From: Candidatus Fimenecus sp.
Lineage (GTDB): Bacteria; Bacillota; Clostridia; Oscillospirales; Acutalibacteraceae
Length of the DNA stretch: 64,000 nucleotides
Assembly: GCA_045602655.1 (NCBI GenBank)
Contig: JAZSBY010000014.1
Span: 2,384-66,383 of the forward strand
Direction of reading: 5' to 3'
Both the position numbers and the translations under genes were made by a program. Under the pieces are notes generated by a model. It was not told the origin of the DNA, did no database searches, and was given only the letters and a program-made list of their open reading frames with translations. Of the stretch, positions 18,845 to 28,593 are shown piece after piece (position 1 is the first letter of the stretch; each line of letters opens with the position of its first letter).

Positions 18845-19672
18845 TCATCTCTCCATAAAACTGAATACTTTAATATGCCTTTTAACATTTTCATAAACGC
18901 CAAGTGATTCCTGTTTGCTTAGGTCAAAATAGTTTGCCTTTTCAACTGTTTTGCAATATTCAAGAGCATATCTTGCGAGATTATCAAAACTTGCTGTGGC
19001 AATATTCACCTTGCGTACACCAAGCATAATTGCCTGCTGGAACATTTCATCTGTAATTCCTGTTCCACCGTGAAGAACAAGTGGTGTTTCAACCATTTTG
19101 CTAATGTCGTCAAGGACATCAAAACGCAGATTCGGAAGCACCGGATAATTCCCGTGGGCATTACCGATTGCAACTGCTAATGCGTCAACTCCTGTTTCAT
19201 CACAGAAAAGTTTTGCATCGTCCGGATTGGTGCAAAGAACTTCGTGAGCTGCACCATCACCCTCGTTACCACCTACTACACCGAGTTCAGCCTCCACTGT
19301 TGCACCGTATTTGTCAGCCATTTCACGGACAATTTTTACAGCCTTGATGTTTTCTTCAAGTGGTAAGGTTGAGCCATCAAACATAACGGAAGTGAAGCCC
19401 ATTTCCAATGCCTTTTGCACTGTTTCAATTTTCAAACCGTGGTCAAGGTGGACGGCGATATCAATCTTTGAATTCTTTGCCGCCGAAATCATCATTGGAC
19501 CCATAAGTTCAAGGGGCGAATTTTTAAGACGGCATTCAGCAATCTGCAAGATTATTGGTGTGTTAAGCTCCTCTGCAGCAGCAACTGCACCCATAACCAT
19601 CTCCATATTGCCAACACTGAAGGCACCTACGGCGATATTGTTTTTCCGGGCATTTTCGAGGAGTTTTTTCAT
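18845..19672 (-). CDS. iolJ: Class II aldolase, 6-phospho-5-dehydro-2-deoxy-D-gluconate aldolase type
   Basis: Class II FBA/tagatose-bisphosphate aldolase pattern (VHLDHG, LVLHGGTG). It is the first gene of the iol operon. Start at the Met at 19672. Confidence 0.8.
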   Translation of the reverse strand: MKKLLENARKNNIAVGAFSVGNMEMVMGAVAAAEELNTPIILQIAECRLKNSPLELMGPMMISAAKNSKIDIAVHLDHGLKIETVQKALEMGFTSVMFDGSTLPLEENIKAVKIVREMADKYGATVEAELGVVGGNEGDGAAHEVLCTNPDDAKLFCDETGVDALAVAIGNAHGNYPVLPNLRFDVLDDISKMVETPLVLHGGTGITDEMFQQAIMLGVRKVNIATASFDNLARYALEYCKTVEKANYFDLSKQESLGVYENVKRHIKVFSFMER

Positions 19673-19724
19673 TGGTACCAAAGCCAAAACAACCCACTCC
19701 AATCCATTTTATTATAATCAATTC

Positions 19725-19753
19725 ATTGTAACACTTTACACGCACAAAATCAA
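19725..19753 (-). promoter_or_regulatory. Sigma-70-type promoter of the iol operon
   Basis: The minus strand reads TTGATT, a 17-nt spacer, then TACAAT (-35 at 19748-19753, -10 at 19725-19730). Confidence 0.6.
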
Positions 19754-19796
19754 TGTTTTATAGGTAAAAAATAGCATTATTTTTCTGTATATAATT

Positions 19797-19838
19797 ACAA
19801 AAAAACAGTCCGCCAACCACTACGGTCAACGGACTGTT
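19797..19838 (-). terminator. Terminator after the membrane-protein gene pair
   Basis: Stem cagtccg / cggactg (19806-19812 / 19830-19836). A 7-nt T-run follows on the minus strand. Confidence 0.55.
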
Positions 19839-19898
19839 GAATACATTCTTTACGGTAACCGCTGATTAAATCGGGTTACGATTATCAACGGCTACTTT

Positions 19899-20573
19899 TT
19901 ACTTAACCCACTTAAGCTTCCACATTGCAAAAGCACCAACAACAGATGCTACAATACCCGGGAAGAGAAGAGTTCCTGCATCCAATCCCGGAGCTACAAG
20001 CAAGATGCCAAGCATAACAAGAATCGGAAAAACAGATATTTTCCAATGCTTTGAGAAATAGCCTGCTGCCAACGCACCAAAAAGTGCCGGTTGAACCTGC
20101 TTGAATGCCGGCATTAAAAGCTCGCTGTTTGTAAATGATGATAAGAAAGGCTTGAACACTAACACGCCAACTGCAATAATAGCAGTTGTAACGATAGAAG
20201 ATGTTGCAATAGCAATTGTTGAAATCACTTCACCTTCCTCTGAATTTGCCTTAACCTTTGCACCCTCCATAGCACTTATTGCACAGGGAAGTTTAAGGTT
20301 TGTGATATTTCCTGTTACGAAAGAAAGATATGTACCACCTGCACCCAGCATCGGTGTGTACACCAAAACCTCAATAACTGCAAGTGACCAATAAAGAGGA
20401 ATAAGTTTCAAAAGTCCGCTCATAACGCCACTAAAGGATGGCCACACATTCAAGTACAAGCAAATCGAAAGCGGGAACATAATAAGTACACAAAGAGCAG
20501 TAATGCTTGAAATTCTACCCCAAGTATGGACACGGTCAAAATATGTTCTCTCTGTTTTGTTAGCTTTCTTCAT
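19899..20573 (-). CDS. Polytopic membrane protein, function unknown
   Basis: Multiple hydrophobic helices. Start at 20573 follows RBS ggagg and lies adjacent to the stop of the upstream gene. Confidence 0.6.
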   Translation of the reverse strand: MKKANKTERTYFDRVHTWGRISSITALCVLIMFPLSICLYLNVWPSFSGVMSGLLKLIPLYWSLAVIEVLVYTPMLGAGGTYLSFVTGNITNLKLPCAISAMEGAKVKANSEEGEVISTIAIATSSIVTTAIIAVGVLVFKPFLSSFTNSELLMPAFKQVQPALFGALAAGYFSKHWKISVFPILVMLGILLVAPGLDAGTLLFPGIVASVVGAFAMWKLKWVK

Positions 20574-20574
20574 A

Positions 20575-21405
20575 TTAACCCCTCCATTCCAAGATAGCGA
20601 TTTCAGGTGGCAACACATTGTATGCAACTACTGCAACCACCATTGCGACAATCATACCAATAGGCATAACAAATGGTTCAAGCCATGTAAGTTTAAACTT
20701 CTTTGCAATATACTCCAAAATCAGTGATGCACCAACGGCAACAACTAAAGTAATTACAGATAATACACCGGCACCATCGCCAAAAGTTTCAGGCTTTCCC
20801 TTACCTGCAATAGCACGTGCCACAAAAGCACCGATAAGACCAATGAATACAGCAGGGGTTAATAGGTCAATAAAGCCTGCGATACCGCCTGACTTTTTCT
20901 CTTTCTTTTCGCCTGTCTCTGCCTGTGTTTCATCTTTCTTGCCCAAATTAAGCATCTTTTTATGTAGTGGTTTTGCAACGAAAGGTAAAATAACAAGTGA
21001 GAAACAAATACCAAGAGTCATAACCCATGCAACTCCGGCAAAAATGGCCGGATCAGTAATTGTTGATGAGATACCACCCTCTTGTCCCAATGCACTCATA
21101 GCATCACCCGCTGCCTTTGTTTCATACAACAAATTGCCAAGAACGGATAACCTTACCCAGGGAATAACCAATCCTAATGACGGAGCTAACACTATAACTG
21201 TAGCAAGAACCGACAATGCTGAAGGTATTGTAAAAACGGCACTTGATGTAACAGCATCTCGCAATTTTTTCTTGTCAATTCCTAATTTTTTCCCCTGTTT
21301 CCAAGCTTTTACAAGGAAGAAAACGGATTGAGCAAGAACGAATGCAATGACTCCGCCTGCAATCAAGTACAAGCCTGTACTTTCTTTAAAGTCCATATCT
21401 TTCAT
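20575..21405 (-). CDS. Polytopic membrane protein, function unknown (possibly DUF5058-like)
   Basis: Several TM helices with a charged Lys/Glu-rich central loop. The family name is from memory only. Confidence 0.55.
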   Translation of the reverse strand: MKDMDFKESTGLYLIAGGVIAFVLAQSVFFLVKAWKQGKKLGIDKKKLRDAVTSSAVFTIPSALSVLATVIVLAPSLGLVIPWVRLSVLGNLLYETKAAGDAMSALGQEGGISSTITDPAIFAGVAWVMTLGICFSLVILPFVAKPLHKKMLNLGKKDETQAETGEKKEKKSGGIAGFIDLLTPAVFIGLIGAFVARAIAGKGKPETFGDGAGVLSVITLVVAVGASLILEYIAKKFKLTWLEPFVMPIGMIVAMVVAVVAYNVLPPEIAILEWRG

Positions 21406-21468
21406 CTCCTAAAACTAATATAGATATATTAAATCATTTTTTTAGTCCAAAATCAACAAGTATTTTTT

Positions 21469-22632
21469 CTAACTGAATTTTTCTTCCTTTTCTTCCACAC
21501 TTTTCATTAAATCAGTTAGCTCGTCATAAAAATTACGGGTAAATTTTTTGCTGACAAACAATCCGATAGGAGTACCGTGGTCACCCTTTGCTACTTCCAT
21601 AATGTTCCATATTCCTTTTTTGTAGTTTTTATCAAAAGGAATTCCGGGCTCATCCGGTGGATTCCCTGCTGCCGACACATTTACAAGACCATCATTTCCG
21701 TTCCCTACAAACACACCGTTTTTATGAGAATATTTCATCATAATATACGCAGAATACCTGAGTCCAATAAAATGAGTATGGGTTATTGCATCTCTCTGCT
21801 TTTTCTCGTTGTATTCCATAGCATTGAACGAATATGAAAAATAGTAAATATCGGGCACAATCTCTATTCTTTCATTTGTTTTTCTTATTCCCTCGGGGGA
21901 CAAATCATAAATTATATTGTCGTTTGAATCAATGAGATTCTTTTTTGCTTCTTTTTTTGGCCCTGCGTCCCTTTTTCCGGGTGTATTTGTCAACCCAAAG
22001 TGTTCAAGCTTGAAATCAAGGAATTTTCCATTTAGCGGCGAACGGCCAAATGTACCCGTATAACTTGTCATGCCCCTATTGATAATAGATATATAGTTTT
22101 TTTCTTCAAAAGCTTTGTAAGTATCGATGTCCCCTAAAGGAGAACAGAGAGTTGTAACACTTGACACAAGATACCCCTTGCCTCCTTTGAAAAGGTCGGA
22201 GACCTCTTCGCCACTGGCTTCAACCTCTTCGGGTGCTCCATATTCAAGCAAATGACAAAGCATACGGATACAAGTCCCACCAAAACTATGTCCTACAAGG
22301 TGAATCTTTTTTTCTTTGCTCCAATTTTCAAAAATTTTCTTTTCAAATCTTCGTCCATACTGTTTGTGGTTGTGTTTTCCTGAGTGAACTTTTCCGTAAT
22401 CCACCTGTGTTCCCATAAGCTGTGCATACAATTCACAAGCCTGGTCCCAGGCACTTGAAACAGGTCCTACTGAAACAGAATAGCATTCAACATCCTTGCT
22501 TCTTAAATATTTTGTAATACTGCCACAGGTACCACCCCAATATGAAATGATTTTGTTAAACGTAACATCCTCACCCCAGCCGAACATTCCGTGAATAAAG
22601 ATAACAGGATATTTCAACTTGCTCGTTGTCAT
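21469..22632 (-). CDS. Lipase/esterase (alpha/beta hydrolase) with no signal peptide
   Basis: PVIFIHGMFGWGED oxyanion region and the HLVGHSFGG nucleophile elbow, as in Firmicute family I lipases. Confidence 0.75.
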   Translation of the reverse strand: MTTSKLKYPVIFIHGMFGWGEDVTFNKIISYWGGTCGSITKYLRSKDVECYSVSVGPVSSAWDQACELYAQLMGTQVDYGKVHSGKHNHKQYGRRFEKKIFENWSKEKKIHLVGHSFGGTCIRMLCHLLEYGAPEEVEASGEEVSDLFKGGKGYLVSSVTTLCSPLGDIDTYKAFEEKNYISIINRGMTSYTGTFGRSPLNGKFLDFKLEHFGLTNTPGKRDAGPKKEAKKNLIDSNDNIIYDLSPEGIRKTNERIEIVPDIYYFSYSFNAMEYNEKKQRDAITHTHFIGLRYSAYIMMKYSHKNGVFVGNGNDGLVNVSAAGNPPDEPGIPFDKNYKKGIWNIMEVAKGDHGTPIGLFVSKKFTRNFYDELTDLMKSVEEKEEKFS

Positions 22633-22769
22633 TTTCTCACCTCTTTAGTAACCTCTGAAAACTGTGACTATGATTGTTCAGCAGTCACTTTAAAAACCAC
22701 TTATAATTTTATCCTTTTTGCCTGAAAAATACAAGCGTATATAAAATTTTAGTGGTTTAAATTTCCATA

Positions 22770-22798
22770 TTGACAAAATTAAGAAAATACTATAAAAT
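22770..22798 (+). promoter_or_regulatory. Sigma-70-type promoter of the leu leader
   Basis: TTGACA at 22770-22775, a 17-nt spacer, and TAAAAT at 22793-22798. Confidence 0.6.
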
Positions 22799-22854
22799 AT
22801 AACACAATCAATTTAATAGCCCCTATCAAAAACAGTGAAGAAAACAAGACATAA

Positions 22855-23090
22855 TCTACTCGCTTTCAGAGAGTTGCCGTTTGGTGCAAGGCAACACAGT
22901 ACTTATGTGTATAACTCATTTCGGAGTTGCATGGGTGAAATCATAGCCCATGACGGTTGACCCCGTTATCAAGTCGGACTTTGTCAGAAGTCGCTAAGGT
23001 CGGTTTTGCCGATGAATTAGGGTGGTACCACGATAGATTTTTTCGTCGTCCCTATCAATCTTTTGTGATGATAGAGGCGATTTTTTATTT
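22855..23090 (+). promoter_or_regulatory. T-box leader (Leu specifier) with terminator/antiterminator
   Basis: AGAGA bulge at 22868-22872 and a GGTGCAA distal loop. Candidate specifier is CTC-A at 22915-22917, with CTT-A at 22902-22904 as an alternative; both are Leu codons. T-box sequence aattagggtggtaccacg at 23015-23032. Terminator stem cgtcgtccctatca/tgatagaggcga plus a T-run at 23044-23086. Confidence 0.85.
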
Positions 23091-23103
23091 GGAGGTAAAA
23101 ATT

Positions 23104-24810
23104 ATGAAACAAGGATGCCAGAAATACATCCCATTTAAACCAATCAATATTCCTGACAGACAATGGCCGTCAAAAACTATTGAAAAGCCACCAATCTGGT
23201 GTTCAGTTGACCTGCGTGACGGTAATCAGGCTCTTATTGACCCAATGAATCTAAAGGAAAAAATTGAGTATTTTAAAACTCTTGTTAAAATCGGTTTCAA
23301 GGAAATTGAGGTTGGTTTCCCGTCTGCTTCAGAGACTGAATACGAAATTTTAAGAACACTTATCGAAAAAGATTTAATTCCTGATGATGTTACAATTCAG
23401 GTGCTTGTACAGAGCCGTGAACACCTTATCAGAAAAACATTTGAAGCTATTGATGGTGCTAAAAATGTAATTATCCATTTTTACAACTCAACTTCAACTC
23501 TCCAAAGAAAAGTTGTTTTTAAAAAAGATATGGACGGTGTTATTGACATCGCTGTTAATGGTGCAAAGCTCATTAAAGAACTTACCGATGAATTAAAAGC
23601 GGAAAAAGATGTGAACATTCGTTATGAGTATTCACCGGAAAGTTTTTCAGGCACAGAAATGGACAATGCTGTTCTTATCTGTGAAAAAGTTATGGAAGCA
23701 CTGGATATAAACGAGGATAACAAGATTATTCTTAATCTTCCTGCAACTGTTGAGGGTAGCACACCAAATGGTCACGCTGACCAGATTGAATATTTCTGCA
23801 GAAAGCTCAAAAATCGTGAAAACGCAATTATCAGTTTGCACCCTCACAATGACAGAGGTACTGCTGTTGCAGCCGCTGAGCTTGGTCTTTTAGCAGGTGC
23901 TGACAGAATTGAGGGCACACTTTTCGGTAACGGTGAAAGAACAGGTAATGTTGACATTGTTACACTTGCACTTAACATGTATACACAGGGTATTGACCCC
24001 GGACTTGACTTCTCAAATATGAATGAAATCAAGGAAATGTTTGAAAGAACTACAAAGATGCCTGTTGACCCAAGAAAGCCTTATGGTGGTGCACTTGTTT
24101 TCACAGCATTCTCAGGTTCACACCAGGACGCTATCAACAAAGGTAAGGAATATATGCGTACAAGCGGTACAGAATATTGGGAAGTTCCATATCTTCCTAT
24201 TGACCCTGCCGATGTTGGTCGTGAATACGAACCAATTATCCGTATCAACAGTCAGTCCGGTAAGGGTGGCGTTGCATACATTATGGCAGAATACGGCTAC
24301 AATATGCCAAAGGCTATGCATCCTGAATTCTCAAAGATTGTTCAGAAAGTCTGCGACGAAAAAGGAAAAGAACTCGCAAAAGAAGAAGTTTATGCACTCT
24401 TCCAGCAGGAATATCTCAATGTTGCCGGTCCTTACAAATTGCTTAGCTACAAGTTCTACGAAGAAAGAGAACATGGTGAAGAACAGTCACGAGTTCACTT
24501 TGTCGGTACTATCAGATATAATGGCAACGAACCACAGCAAATTGAAGGTATTGCTGCAGGTCCTATCGGTGCTTTCTGTCAGGCGATGAACACAATTGGT
24601 CTTGGTGATTATCACTTTATCGACTATTCTGAACACGCAGTTTCAGTCGGCTCGGACTCAAAGGCTGTCAGCTATATCCACATTACAAACCCACAGGGCA
24701 AGGATGTGTTTGGTATCGGTATTTCACACAATATCAACTATGCATCTATCAAGGGTATTCTTTGTGCTGTTAACCGTTGTCTTCCAAATGTAGTAAGAGA
24801 GGAAAAATAA
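23104..24810 (+). CDS. leuA: 2-isopropylmalate synthase (long form)
   Basis: [11 protein letters not shown] and HPHNDRGT motifs. Start at 23104 follows RBS ggagg. The longer ORF from 22957 reads through the T-box leader. Confidence 0.9.
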   Translation: MKQGCQKYIPFKPINIPDRQWPSKTIEKPPIWCSVDLRDGNQALIDPMNLKEKIEYFKTLVKIGFKEIEVGFPSASETEYEILRTLIEKDLIPDDVTIQVLVQSREHLIRKTFEAIDGAKNVIIHFYNSTSTLQRKVVFKKDMDGVIDIAVNGAKLIKELTDELKAEKDVNIRYEYSPESFSGTEMDNAVLICEKVMEALDINEDNKIILNLPATVEGSTPNGHADQIEYFCRKLKNRENAIISLHPHNDRGTAVAAAELGLLAGADRIEGTLFGNGERTGNVDIVTLALNMYTQGIDPGLDFSNMNEIKEMFERTTKMPVDPRKPYGGALVFTAFSGSHQDAINKGKEYMRTSGTEYWEVPYLPIDPADVGREYEPIIRINSQSGKGGVAYIMAEYGYNMPKAMHPEFSKIVQKVCDEKGKELAKEEVYALFQQEYLNVAGPYKLLSYKFYEEREHGEEQSRVHFVGTIRYNGNEPQQIEGIAAGPIGAFCQAMNTIGLGDYHFIDYSEHAVSVGSDSKAVSYIHITNPQGKDVFGIGISHNINYASIKGILCAVNRCLPNVVREEK

Positions 24811-24811
24811 T

Positions 24812-25885
24812 ATGAAAGAATATAATATTGTAGTATTAAAAGGTGACGGAATCGGTCCCGAAATCGTTGACGAGGCACTTAAAGTCCTTGATGCAACAGG
24901 CGAAAAATACGGTTTCAAGTTCAGTTATGATTATCAGTTAATTGGTGGTGTTGCTATTGATGAAACAGGCGAGCCACTCCCACAGGCAACTATTGATGCT
25001 TGTAAAAAGGCAGATTGTGTTTTCCTTGGTGCAGTTGGTGGTCCTAAATGGGACACTCTCCCGGGAAATCAGCGTCCTGAAAAAGGACTTTTAGGCATTC
25101 GTGGTGCCTTGGGCCTTTATGCGAACCTTCGTCCTGCAAAGATTTTTGAACCACTTAAATCTGCTTCTCCAATTAAGGACAGCATTATCGGTGACGGACT
25201 TGACATTATGATTGTCCGTGAGCTTACAGGCGGGATTTATTTTGGTGAAAGAGGCAGAAAAGAAGTTGATGGTAACCCTGCTGCCTTCGATACAGAAATG
25301 TACTCTGTTCCTGAAATTGAGAGAATTGCAAGAACTGCATATGAAATGGCTATGAAACGCAACAAAAAGCTCACAAGTGTTGACAAGGCTAATGTGCTTG
25401 AAAGCTCCCGCCTTTGGAGAGAAACGGTTATTAAAATGTCAGCAGAATATCCTGAGGTTGAACTTTCTCATATGTATGTCGATAACTGTGCTATGCAGTT
25501 GGTAAGAAACCCGGGTCAGTTTGATGTTATTGTTACATCTAACATTTTTGGTGATATTCTTTCTGACGAGGCATCTATGATTTCAGGTTCAATCGGTATG
25601 CTTGCATCTGCATCTCTCGCAACGGGCAAAATGGGTCTTTATGAGCCAATTCACGGCTCTGCACCTGATATTGCAGGCCAGCAGAAAGCCAATCCGCTTG
25701 CAACAATTCTTTCTGCCGCTATGATGCTTCAGTACTCATTTGATGAAAAAGATGCAGCAAAATCAATTGAAGATGCAGTTAACGAGGCACTTAAAATCGC
25801 CCGTACACCTGATATTTACGAAGATGGATTTAAGAAGGTTACAACATCAGAGATGGGTGACTTGGTAGTTTCGTTACTTAAATAA
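24812..25885 (+). CDS. leuB: 3-isopropylmalate dehydrogenase
   Basis: GDGIGPEI N-terminus and the [13 protein letters not shown] motif. Confidence 0.92.
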   Translation: MKEYNIVVLKGDGIGPEIVDEALKVLDATGEKYGFKFSYDYQLIGGVAIDETGEPLPQATIDACKKADCVFLGAVGGPKWDTLPGNQRPEKGLLGIRGALGLYANLRPAKIFEPLKSASPIKDSIIGDGLDIMIVRELTGGIYFGERGRKEVDGNPAAFDTEMYSVPEIERIARTAYEMAMKRNKKLTSVDKANVLESSRLWRETVIKMSAEYPEVELSHMYVDNCAMQLVRNPGQFDVIVTSNIFGDILSDEASMISGSIGMLASASLATGKMGLYEPIHGSAPDIAGQQKANPLATILSAAMMLQYSFDEKDAAKSIEDAVNEALKIARTPDIYEDGFKKVTTSEMGDLVVSLLK

Positions 25886-25893
25886 GTTTTAAC

Positions 25894-25917
25894 GGCGGGG
25901 TCAAGACCCCGCCCTAC
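25894..25917. repeat. Short GC hairpin plus CTAC tail
   Basis: ggcggggtc-aa-gaccccgcc followed by ctac, in the 49-nt spacer between leuB and the HAD gene. Confidence 0.5.
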
Positions 25918-25934
25918 CGTTTAAAAGAGGTTCT

Positions 25935-26765
25935 ATGAAAACACTTTACATTAGCGATATGGATGGCACACTTTTGCAAAGTAATGGCAAAATGAGTGAC
26001 TACACAAAAGAAAAACTGAATGAATTTTATAAGCAAGGCATTCCCTTTTCTGTTGCAACTGCTCGTAGCATGGTTAGTGCAACTCCACTTTTAGATGGTG
26101 TCCGTTTTGCTGCACCAATAGTGCTTATGAACGGTGTTTTTGTTTATGACACCGAAACCGAAAAGGCTGTTAAATACCACGAAATCTCCCATTCTGCACT
26201 ACAAAGAATTCTTGACTGTTTTTATGATAAAAACCTTCACCCATTTATGTTTTTGTATGGTGATGATTACAAATTATCAATTAAATATACAGAATTTGAT
26301 AACGACGGAATGAAGGATTTTTACGATATGCGTGTGGATATGTTGGACGGCAGATTTACACAGACGGATGACCTTACAAATATAGAAAAGGGTCAACACC
26401 CTGTTTATGTGAACTATTACGCTCTGCCCCAATATCTTGACGAGGTTGTTGAAAATCTTAAAACCATTCCCGAAATTGATTTTGCCTATTATAAAGACAG
26501 TTATTCTGACGACTGGTTGATTGAGATTTATTCTGATACGGCCTCAAAGGCGAACGGTGCAAAAGAGGTTAAGGAAATTATTGGTGCTGATAGTATTACT
26601 GCATTCGGTGACAATCTGAATGATTTAATAATGCTCAATGGTGCAGATATTGCCGTGGCAGTAGAAAATGCTGTACCACAGGTCAAAGAAATTGCAGATG
26701 TGATAATCGGCAACAATAATGACGATAGTGTTGTGAAATATATACGAGAAAAAGAAAACGCTTAA
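25935..26765 (+). CDS. Cof-type HAD-IIB family hydrolase
   Basis: DMDGTLL motif I and the C-terminal FGDNLNDLIML motif. Confidence 0.8.
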   Translation: MKTLYISDMDGTLLQSNGKMSDYTKEKLNEFYKQGIPFSVATARSMVSATPLLDGVRFAAPIVLMNGVFVYDTETEKAVKYHEISHSALQRILDCFYDKNLHPFMFLYGDDYKLSIKYTEFDNDGMKDFYDMRVDMLDGRFTQTDDLTNIEKGQHPVYVNYYALPQYLDEVVENLKTIPEIDFAYYKDSYSDDWLIEIYSDTASKANGAKEVKEIIGADSITAFGDNLNDLIMLNGADIAVAVENAVPQVKEIADVIIGNNNDDSVVKYIREKENA

Positions 26766-26791
26766 GACTTTAAGTCCTAAGCGTTATTTTT
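26757..26791. terminator. Bidirectional terminator between convergent genes
   Basis: Stem aacgcttaagac / gtcctaagcgtt with one mismatch. T-runs on both strands. Confidence 0.6.
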
Positions 26792-28256
26792 ATGTAAGTG
26801 CAAATAATCCATTAAGTGCCAGGTCAAGACAAACTGCGTCATAAGCATCAACAGCACCATCTTCATTTATATCGGCACGCTGAAACATAACATTGTCCGT
26901 TATTCTTTCCATTGAATAAGCAATTTTAACAAGTAAACCATAGTCTTCTGTGTCGACTTTTCCATCACCATTTACATCGCCTTTAAGTCTTGACGGTGGC
27001 ATATCGTTAAGCATTAAATCAAGAATAATTACATCGATACCATCAACAGCACCGTCGTCATCCATATCTCCCGCCATCTTCTCAATAAAGTTTATTCTTC
27101 TTTGCGTTGTTGCTATTTCGTAAAGTATTTTATAGTCCTCTATATCCACTTTACTGTCAAAATTCACATCACCTTTTATGTGGTTTGCCATATCAACAAA
27201 GTTTATATTATTCTCAACAGCATATTCTTGAGCATAGGTGTCCGCGTACCCGAAAATTGTAACATTTGTACTATCCCTAAATGCATTTCCCGAAATTGCA
27301 GTAACAGTTTTTGGAATGTAAACATCATTGTTACCCAAAGAACTGCCTGCAATATATTCTGTCCCTTCCTTAATTTCAACTACACTACCGTTAGCACGAA
27401 CATCAATTACCGTACCATTTATATAAAGAACATTATCTTCCCAGTTTTTAGAATTATTGTAAAATCCTGTGTTATGAAATGCACTTGAATTCATTTCTAT
27501 ATATTTGTCCGGCAGGTTAATCTCGTTTAGTAAGATACATCCCTCAAATGCAGATTCTCCAATATACTCTATGCTATCGGAAAAGACTATTCTTTTTAAT
27601 TGCTTACAATCCTTAAATGCGTTATTTCCTATTGTTACAAGTTGAGAGGGAAAAGTTACTTCTTCTGCATTACATCCGGAAAAAGCACCGTCAGCAATCA
27701 CTCGGGTATCTTTCTTTACCGAATATGAGCCGGAATAGCTAATCTCAATAAGATTAGTTCCCAAGTACAGATAATCCAAATCCCTTGCGATAATATCCTC
27801 CCACGGAATTTGCGGAATACCATTTCCAAAACTCAAATCCCCTGACGAATCGTGGTTAACCTTCTTCTTCCAATTACTTTCATTATTATAATATGCAGTA
27901 TTATAAATTGCCTTTTCCCCGATGTGGGTTATTGTTGTGGGAAGTGTTATTGTTGCAAGAGATGTACAATCCTCAAAAGCAGATGCACCCACATCACGAA
28001 CTCCCTCACTTACTTTAACCAAAGTTAATTCGGTATTTCCTTTAAAAGCACCTTCAGCTATTGCGACAACGGGCATTTCGTTAATTGTAGCAGGTACTGT
28101 TATACTGGTACGATTACTTCCGATATATTTTGTGATGACAACCTCATCATTAACAACCTCATAGGAAAAACTGCCATAATTAAGAGCATAGGACGGCAGG
28201 GAAAGACTGCAGATAAGCATAATAATAGTGACTATAATAGATACCGCTTTTTTCAT
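26790..28256 (-). CDS. Secreted leucine-rich-repeat (BspA-like) protein with two tandem dockerin modules
   Basis: Signal peptide present. Repeated units such as I..IGE.AF..C..L..I.LP. Four Ca-loop segments at the C-terminus: DVNFDSKVD, DMDDDGAVD, DVNGDGKVD, DINEDGAVD. Confidence 0.7.
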   Translation of the reverse strand: MKKAVSIIVTIIMLICSLSLPSYALNYGSFSYEVVNDEVVITKYIGSNRTSITVPATINEMPVVAIAEGAFKGNTELTLVKVSEGVRDVGASAFEDCTSLATITLPTTITHIGEKAIYNTAYYNNESNWKKKVNHDSSGDLSFGNGIPQIPWEDIIARDLDYLYLGTNLIEISYSGSYSVKKDTRVIADGAFSGCNAEEVTFPSQLVTIGNNAFKDCKQLKRIVFSDSIEYIGESAFEGCILLNEINLPDKYIEMNSSAFHNTGFYNNSKNWEDNVLYINGTVIDVRANGSVVEIKEGTEYIAGSSLGNNDVYIPKTVTAISGNAFRDSTNVTIFGYADTYAQEYAVENNINFVDMANHIKGDVNFDSKVDIEDYKILYEIATTQRRINFIEKMAGDMDDDGAVDGIDVIILDLMLNDMPPSRLKGDVNGDGKVDTEDYGLLVKIAYSMERITDNVMFQRADINEDGAVDAYDAVCLDLALNGLFALT

Positions 28257-28351
28257 TTATGCACCGTCCTTTCACATTTATATCATTGTATCATTAAAGT
28301 ATGATTATTGCAAGAAAAAAAGTATTTAGACAAATTGGAGTTTGTCTGTTT

Positions 28352-28515
28352 CTTTCCCCCCTCAGTCAAATGCTACGCATTTGCCAGCTCCATTACTCGC
28401 CTGCCGGCTCAGGCAGCACTAATTCGGCATCCACCGGATGCCCGTGGGTGGAGCCCAATATAGCCTGCCCCCTGGAGGGGAAGGTGTCACCGTAAGGTGA
28501 CGGAAGGGGGGATAA
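28352..28515. repeat. GC-rich composite palindromic intergenic element
   Basis: cccccc (28356-28361) and gggggg (28506-28511) close a block of at least five internal hairpins. The GC content is clearly above that of the flanking DNA. Confidence 0.6.
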
Positions 28516-28544
28516 AACATCCCGACAAATTCAAATCTACTGCA

Positions 28545-28575
28545 TTAAAAAAGGTGGAAATAAAATTCCACCTTA
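28545..28575 (-). terminator. Rho-independent terminator of the hexuronate operon
   Basis: Stem aaggtggaa / ttccacctt (28551-28559 / 28566-28574), with a T-run on the minus strand. Confidence 0.7.
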
Positions 28576-28593
28576 ATCAACTATTCAAATAAA

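Noticed and set aside
20618-21331. 237-aa ORF on the + strand
   Set aside because: It is antisense to a convincing polytopic membrane-protein gene. Its translation is low-complexity (Pro/Thr/Ala/Ser-rich) with no start context, so I treat it as a shadow ORF.
22957-23103. N-terminal extension of the leuA ORF. Similar extensions occur at 10272-10355, 11384-11473, 14067-14117, 19673-19702, 20574-20627, 43397-43459, 59659-59679, 60416-60457, 53592-53651 and 54048-54293.
   Set aside because: The extensions read through a T-box leader, repeats, upstream genes or spacers and lack an RBS. In each case an internal ATG with a good Shine-Dalgarno sequence matches the family N-terminus.
24023-24589. 188-aa alternative-frame ORF inside leuA (also 62948-63457 inside the transketolase C subunit and 11962-12453 inside iolA)
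   Set aside because: These are same-strand out-of-frame ORFs within strongly supported genes. I see no evidence for overlapping coding.
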